Made by a program: the position numbers and the translations under genes | In this document: positions 59,664 to 64,000 of the stretch, piece after piece | Layout of the letters: each line of letters starts with the position of its first letter | How positions within the stretch are numbered: position 1 is the stretch's first letter | Notes under the pieces: model-generated | The model's database searches: none | Seen by the model: only the letters and a program-made list of their open reading frames with translations | What the model was told of the DNA's origin: nothing | Source of the DNA: the human T2T-CHM13v2.0 reference genome, Homo sapiens | Length of the DNA: 64,000 nucleotides | Assembly (NCBI RefSeq): GCF_009914755.1 | Contig: NC_060925.1 | Strand: one strand, 5' to 3'

Positions 59664-60182
59664 TGTATTAGTCAGAGTTCCCCAGAGAAACAGAACCAAT
59701 AGGAGTATATATATATATAATTTACTTATTATGAGAATTGGCTCACAAGATTATGGAAGCAGAGAAGTCCCACAATCTGCCTTTTGCAAGCTGGAGAACC
59801 AGAAAAGATGGTGGTACTAAGAATGGGGGTTTGTGGGCAGGGAAGTGCTGGTATAAGTCTCAGAGTCCAAGGATTGAGAACCAGGAGCTCCAATGTCCAA
59901 GGGCAGGAGAAGATGGATGTTCCAGCTCAATGAGAGAGAGCAAATTTTCCTTCCTCCTCTTTTTTGTTCTGTTGGGCCCTCAGTGAATTGGACAAGGGCC
60001 CTTGTTCTTTGGGCCCTCAGTGAATTGGATCATGCCCACCCACATTGGTGGAGGCAATTTTCTCTACTCAATCTACCAATTCAAATATTAATATCTCCTG
60101 GAAATACTCAGAGATAATGTTTTACCAGCTATCTGGGCATCCCTTAGCCCAGTCAAATTGACACATAAAATTCACCATCACA
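59664..60182 (-). mobile_element. MLT2B-type (ERV-L) solo LTR
   Basis: Minus strand starts TGTGATGGTGAATTTTATGTGTCAA and ends GACTAATACA; perfect 5-bp TSD CTGTC at 59659-59663 and 60183-60187. Confidence 0.9.
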
Positions 60183-60664
60183 CTGTCCTATGCCCCCTCC
60201 ACACCTTCCAAAGAATCACAATATGTCAGCACCTTGTGTCTACCATGTCTAAACTTGCACTTTCACTTTCACTCATTATATCTTTCTGCAATTTAATTTT
60301 TTACATGTAGAAGTATTACTGTGTCATCAGAAAAAAAGGCAATAAAGATATACATAAAAAGAAAGCTAACCAAGCTGGAGTTGGCTCACTTTTGCTGGTT
60401 TGCAAACAACAAATGATTACCCAGTATGATTGAGGCCAGTGCAAAGTCTGCCAAGAATCATAGAAAGTCAGAATAGGAAGGAATAAAATAGCCCTCAATT
60501 CTCCTATCATCCCCAAAACGGCATGATTTTAAGTTCCCTCTATTCCTTTCCTCCCTCATGTTTCAGGGCAACCGTTACTACATGCATTTCATTCATTCAT
60601 TCATTCATTCATTCATTCCACAAACATTTATAGATCCTTTATTCTGAACCAAGAATCATGCTGG

Positions 60665-60763
60665 GTACTTTACATACACTACCTCTTAAAGGTTATAGGG
60701 GTCATTATTGCTAGTATATTGCATATACTATCTCTTAAAGGTTATAGGGGGTCATTATTGCTA
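60665..60763 (+). repeat. ~49-bp tandem duplication in a MIR-like sequence
   Basis: ctcttaaaggttatagggg(g)tcattattgcta occurs twice. Confidence 0.9.
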
Positions 60764-61719
60764 TCTTGCAGACTGGGAAAACAAGGCTCAGACAGGGAAA
60801 GTCACTTACTGGTCACACATCTAGTAGGATCTAAACCAAGACATGTGCAACATCAAAGCCCAAGTCCAGGAGGAAATGGACTGTATTCCAAAGCAAATAA
60901 GCTATGCACTCAGGCAGCCATTATTGGCTGGGTGGCTTCGGGCAAGTCATTGAACTCTTCTCAGCAGCAGTTTTCCCACCTCTGCAGAGTAAGTGTATAC
61001 CCACCTATTTCATGTAAGCTAAGTGCTTTGTAAATCGTAACACATAATACAAAGGAAAGGCATCTCAGCTCTTCAGGGACTAGGTCTCACTCGTCTTTGG
61101 ACCTTTTGGTGCTTTCCCCCCTAGTGTTTGCCTCCATTAGTGTTCATCCCCCATTAGCGCAATTAGGACAGTCTTCCTCTCATGCATCTTATTTCTCCCT
61201 CCAGCCTGGGACTTCCTCGACGACAGGAATGATGCTTATTAATTTCTGATCCCTTTCTGTCCCTAGTACAGTGTCTGGCCTGCATCCCTCCATTCCTTTA
61301 CATTTTTATGCATTTCATAAGAAATGGCTGAGTGCCTAACATGTGCCAGGCACTACACAGACTGTAATACAGCAAAAGTCCCAAGTTTCCTGGACTGGAG
61401 GAGTGGAGAAACAGGACAACATTAAACACAATTACTTAATAACAATTCCATTAAGTGCTGCAAAGAATCAGGTGATATGCCAGGAGGGATTGGGGGAATG
61501 CAGGGTGGGGACCTAACTGAATTGAGGAGCCAGAGAAGGCTTCCTAGAAGAGGTGGCATGGAGCCTCAGAGAGGGTAAGGAACATGCTCAAGGTCACACA
61601 GCTGGTAAGTGGCAAAATTGGGATTTTAACCCAGGAATGCCTGAGTACAAAGCCCATACTCTACTAGAAAACACTGTCTCTTATCTGTCTTTTATTTCCT
61701 CCACCTTTTACTTCCTTGA

Positions 61720-62025
<306 letters not shown>

Positions 62026-62542
62026 CCTACTTCCTTGACTTTTATTGACGAGAAAGGAGTAAGACCTGTCCAAATGAATGCTCTAAAGCAATATTTTTTC
62101 CCAGCTTTTGGGGGATCACAGATTCTTTTAAGAATCTAGTGAAATCCATGAAACCTGTCTCCAGAATTCCATGTATACAGACAGACCCACAAAATCTTGC
62201 ATACAATTTCAGGGAGTTCATAGGCATTCTGAGGCCCAGGTTTAGAATTCATTCCATGGAGGACCATCCGACCTTATAGTGAGATGTCAGAACCTCAGAA
62301 AGAGACACCAGGACCCCATAAACAGCTCAAATCCCCAGAGAGATCTCAAGACCCTATAGAAAGAGTCTCAAGATCCAGTAGAAAGATCTGGGATCCTGTA
62401 GAGGCCCCCAAGTTGCTACAGAGTAACAGCTGGGGCTTTGCAGAAATATTCTCAAGAGGCTATAGACATAGAGGAACCTCAACCTCTCATGAAGCTGGGG
62501 TCCTCAAAGCAGACTTGGAGAGCTATAATTTTGGGGGGATTT

Positions 62543-63080
<538 letters not shown>

Positions 63081-63148
63081 TAGGATGAAACAGACCCCGA
63101 GTTGCATCCTGGCCCTGCCGTTTACTAGCCATGACCTTGAACACTCAC

Positions 63149-63476
63149 CTAGAAACCCTCAGGCCTCAGCATCTCACCACCCAAAAGAGAGGGCTGGACA
63201 CCCTTCCCTCCCCAGCCTGGCCCCCGCGGCGTGCGCTCCGTGACGGGTGGGGCGCTGGCGCTTGACAGGACTCAGCCTCTCTCCCCTCCTGCGCCAGTGA
63301 GCCATGAATCCGGCTGCGGCACTTCATGAAATACTCATGGGCCGACTGCACCAGGCTTGCGGGCGGCGGGGGAGGGGGCCGGCGCGTTCGCCGTTTGCCG
63401 CAGTGACAGCTCCGCGCCGCCAGCCGGCCGCGGGCCTGGGAAGCCGCCGGTGCCGGGCGCGCTCTCGGCCTTTCCC
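63149..63476 (-). other. LUZP1: Putative distal first non-coding exon
   Basis: Minus-strand donor TAG|GTGAGT at 63148-63143 at the edge of a CpG island; 5' end approximate and from recollection. Confidence 0.45.
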
Positions 63477-63800
63477 ACCCACCAGGCAGGGCGTTCCCGC
63501 CAGCCGGCTTCCTGCAGCCGAGGGCCGGGGAGGAGGGACGGCGCTGAGGGGCCGCAGGGCCTGGCAGGCCTGGTTCCTGGCTTTCTCTCCGCGTTTCCTG
63601 AGCAGGACCGGCCGGGGGATGGGACCCAGCGCAAACCTCCTACCCCGGGAGCGCAGCCAGGAAATCGCGTCCTTGTTAATTCAGGTTCCTCCTTTGCGCT
63701 GAACGGGGCTGCTTTCCGTCCGCGATCAAGTGGGCATGATGCGACCCACTTATCCCAGGAGGAAGCGGAGAGACGAAATGGCAGCTCCCGACCCCACGAC
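63220..63800. promoter_or_regulatory. CpG island / distal alternative promoter
   Basis: High GC and CpG density over ~600 bp. Confidence 0.85.
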
Positions 63801-64000
63801 ACAGCAAGATTCCAACCCCATGATGTCAGTGTTAACTCCATCCTATGGATGAGAAAGCTGAGGCTTTGAAAAATGAAGTGACTTATCCAAGGTCATCATA
63901 AAAATATTACTACTAATAAAATAACATGCTTACTACATACCAGGCACTGTGCTACAAATGCTCCAGGTGTTTTTTGTCATTGGGTTCCTGTAATCTATGA

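Noticed and set aside
63304-63869. 132-170 aa ORFs in the distal CpG island
   Set aside because: Same GC artefact; no homology recognised

Overview
Human (primate) genomic DNA, very Alu-rich, with no intact protein-coding exon. It holds two CpG-island promoters (about 53.4-54.7 kb and 63.2-63.8 kb), non-coding 5' exons and about 54 kb of intron of a minus-strand gene, most likely LUZP1 (chr1p36; recognised from remembered locus layout, not from coding sequence). The intron contains dozens of Alus, L1/L2/MIR fragments, DNA-transposon fossils and two U6 pseudogenes; a solo MLT2 (ERV-L) LTR lies between the promoters. The standout feature is a 2.7 kb plus-strand insert (25728-28418) that splits a Tigger2a element. 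It has a 5'UTR, a Kozak ATG, a decayed ~290-codon ORF homologous to ERV-L/Fv1-type Gag, a 3'UTR, AATAAA and a degenerate tail, but no LTR or pol. It looks like a processed pseudogene of a domesticated retroviral gag gene. Other observations are a 141-bp ungapped direct repeat carrying ETS/NF-kB-like motifs, two U6 copies sharing non-CpG variants, and an exon that is both an internal exon and a promoter. Repeat coordinates and subfamilies are by eye and approximate.
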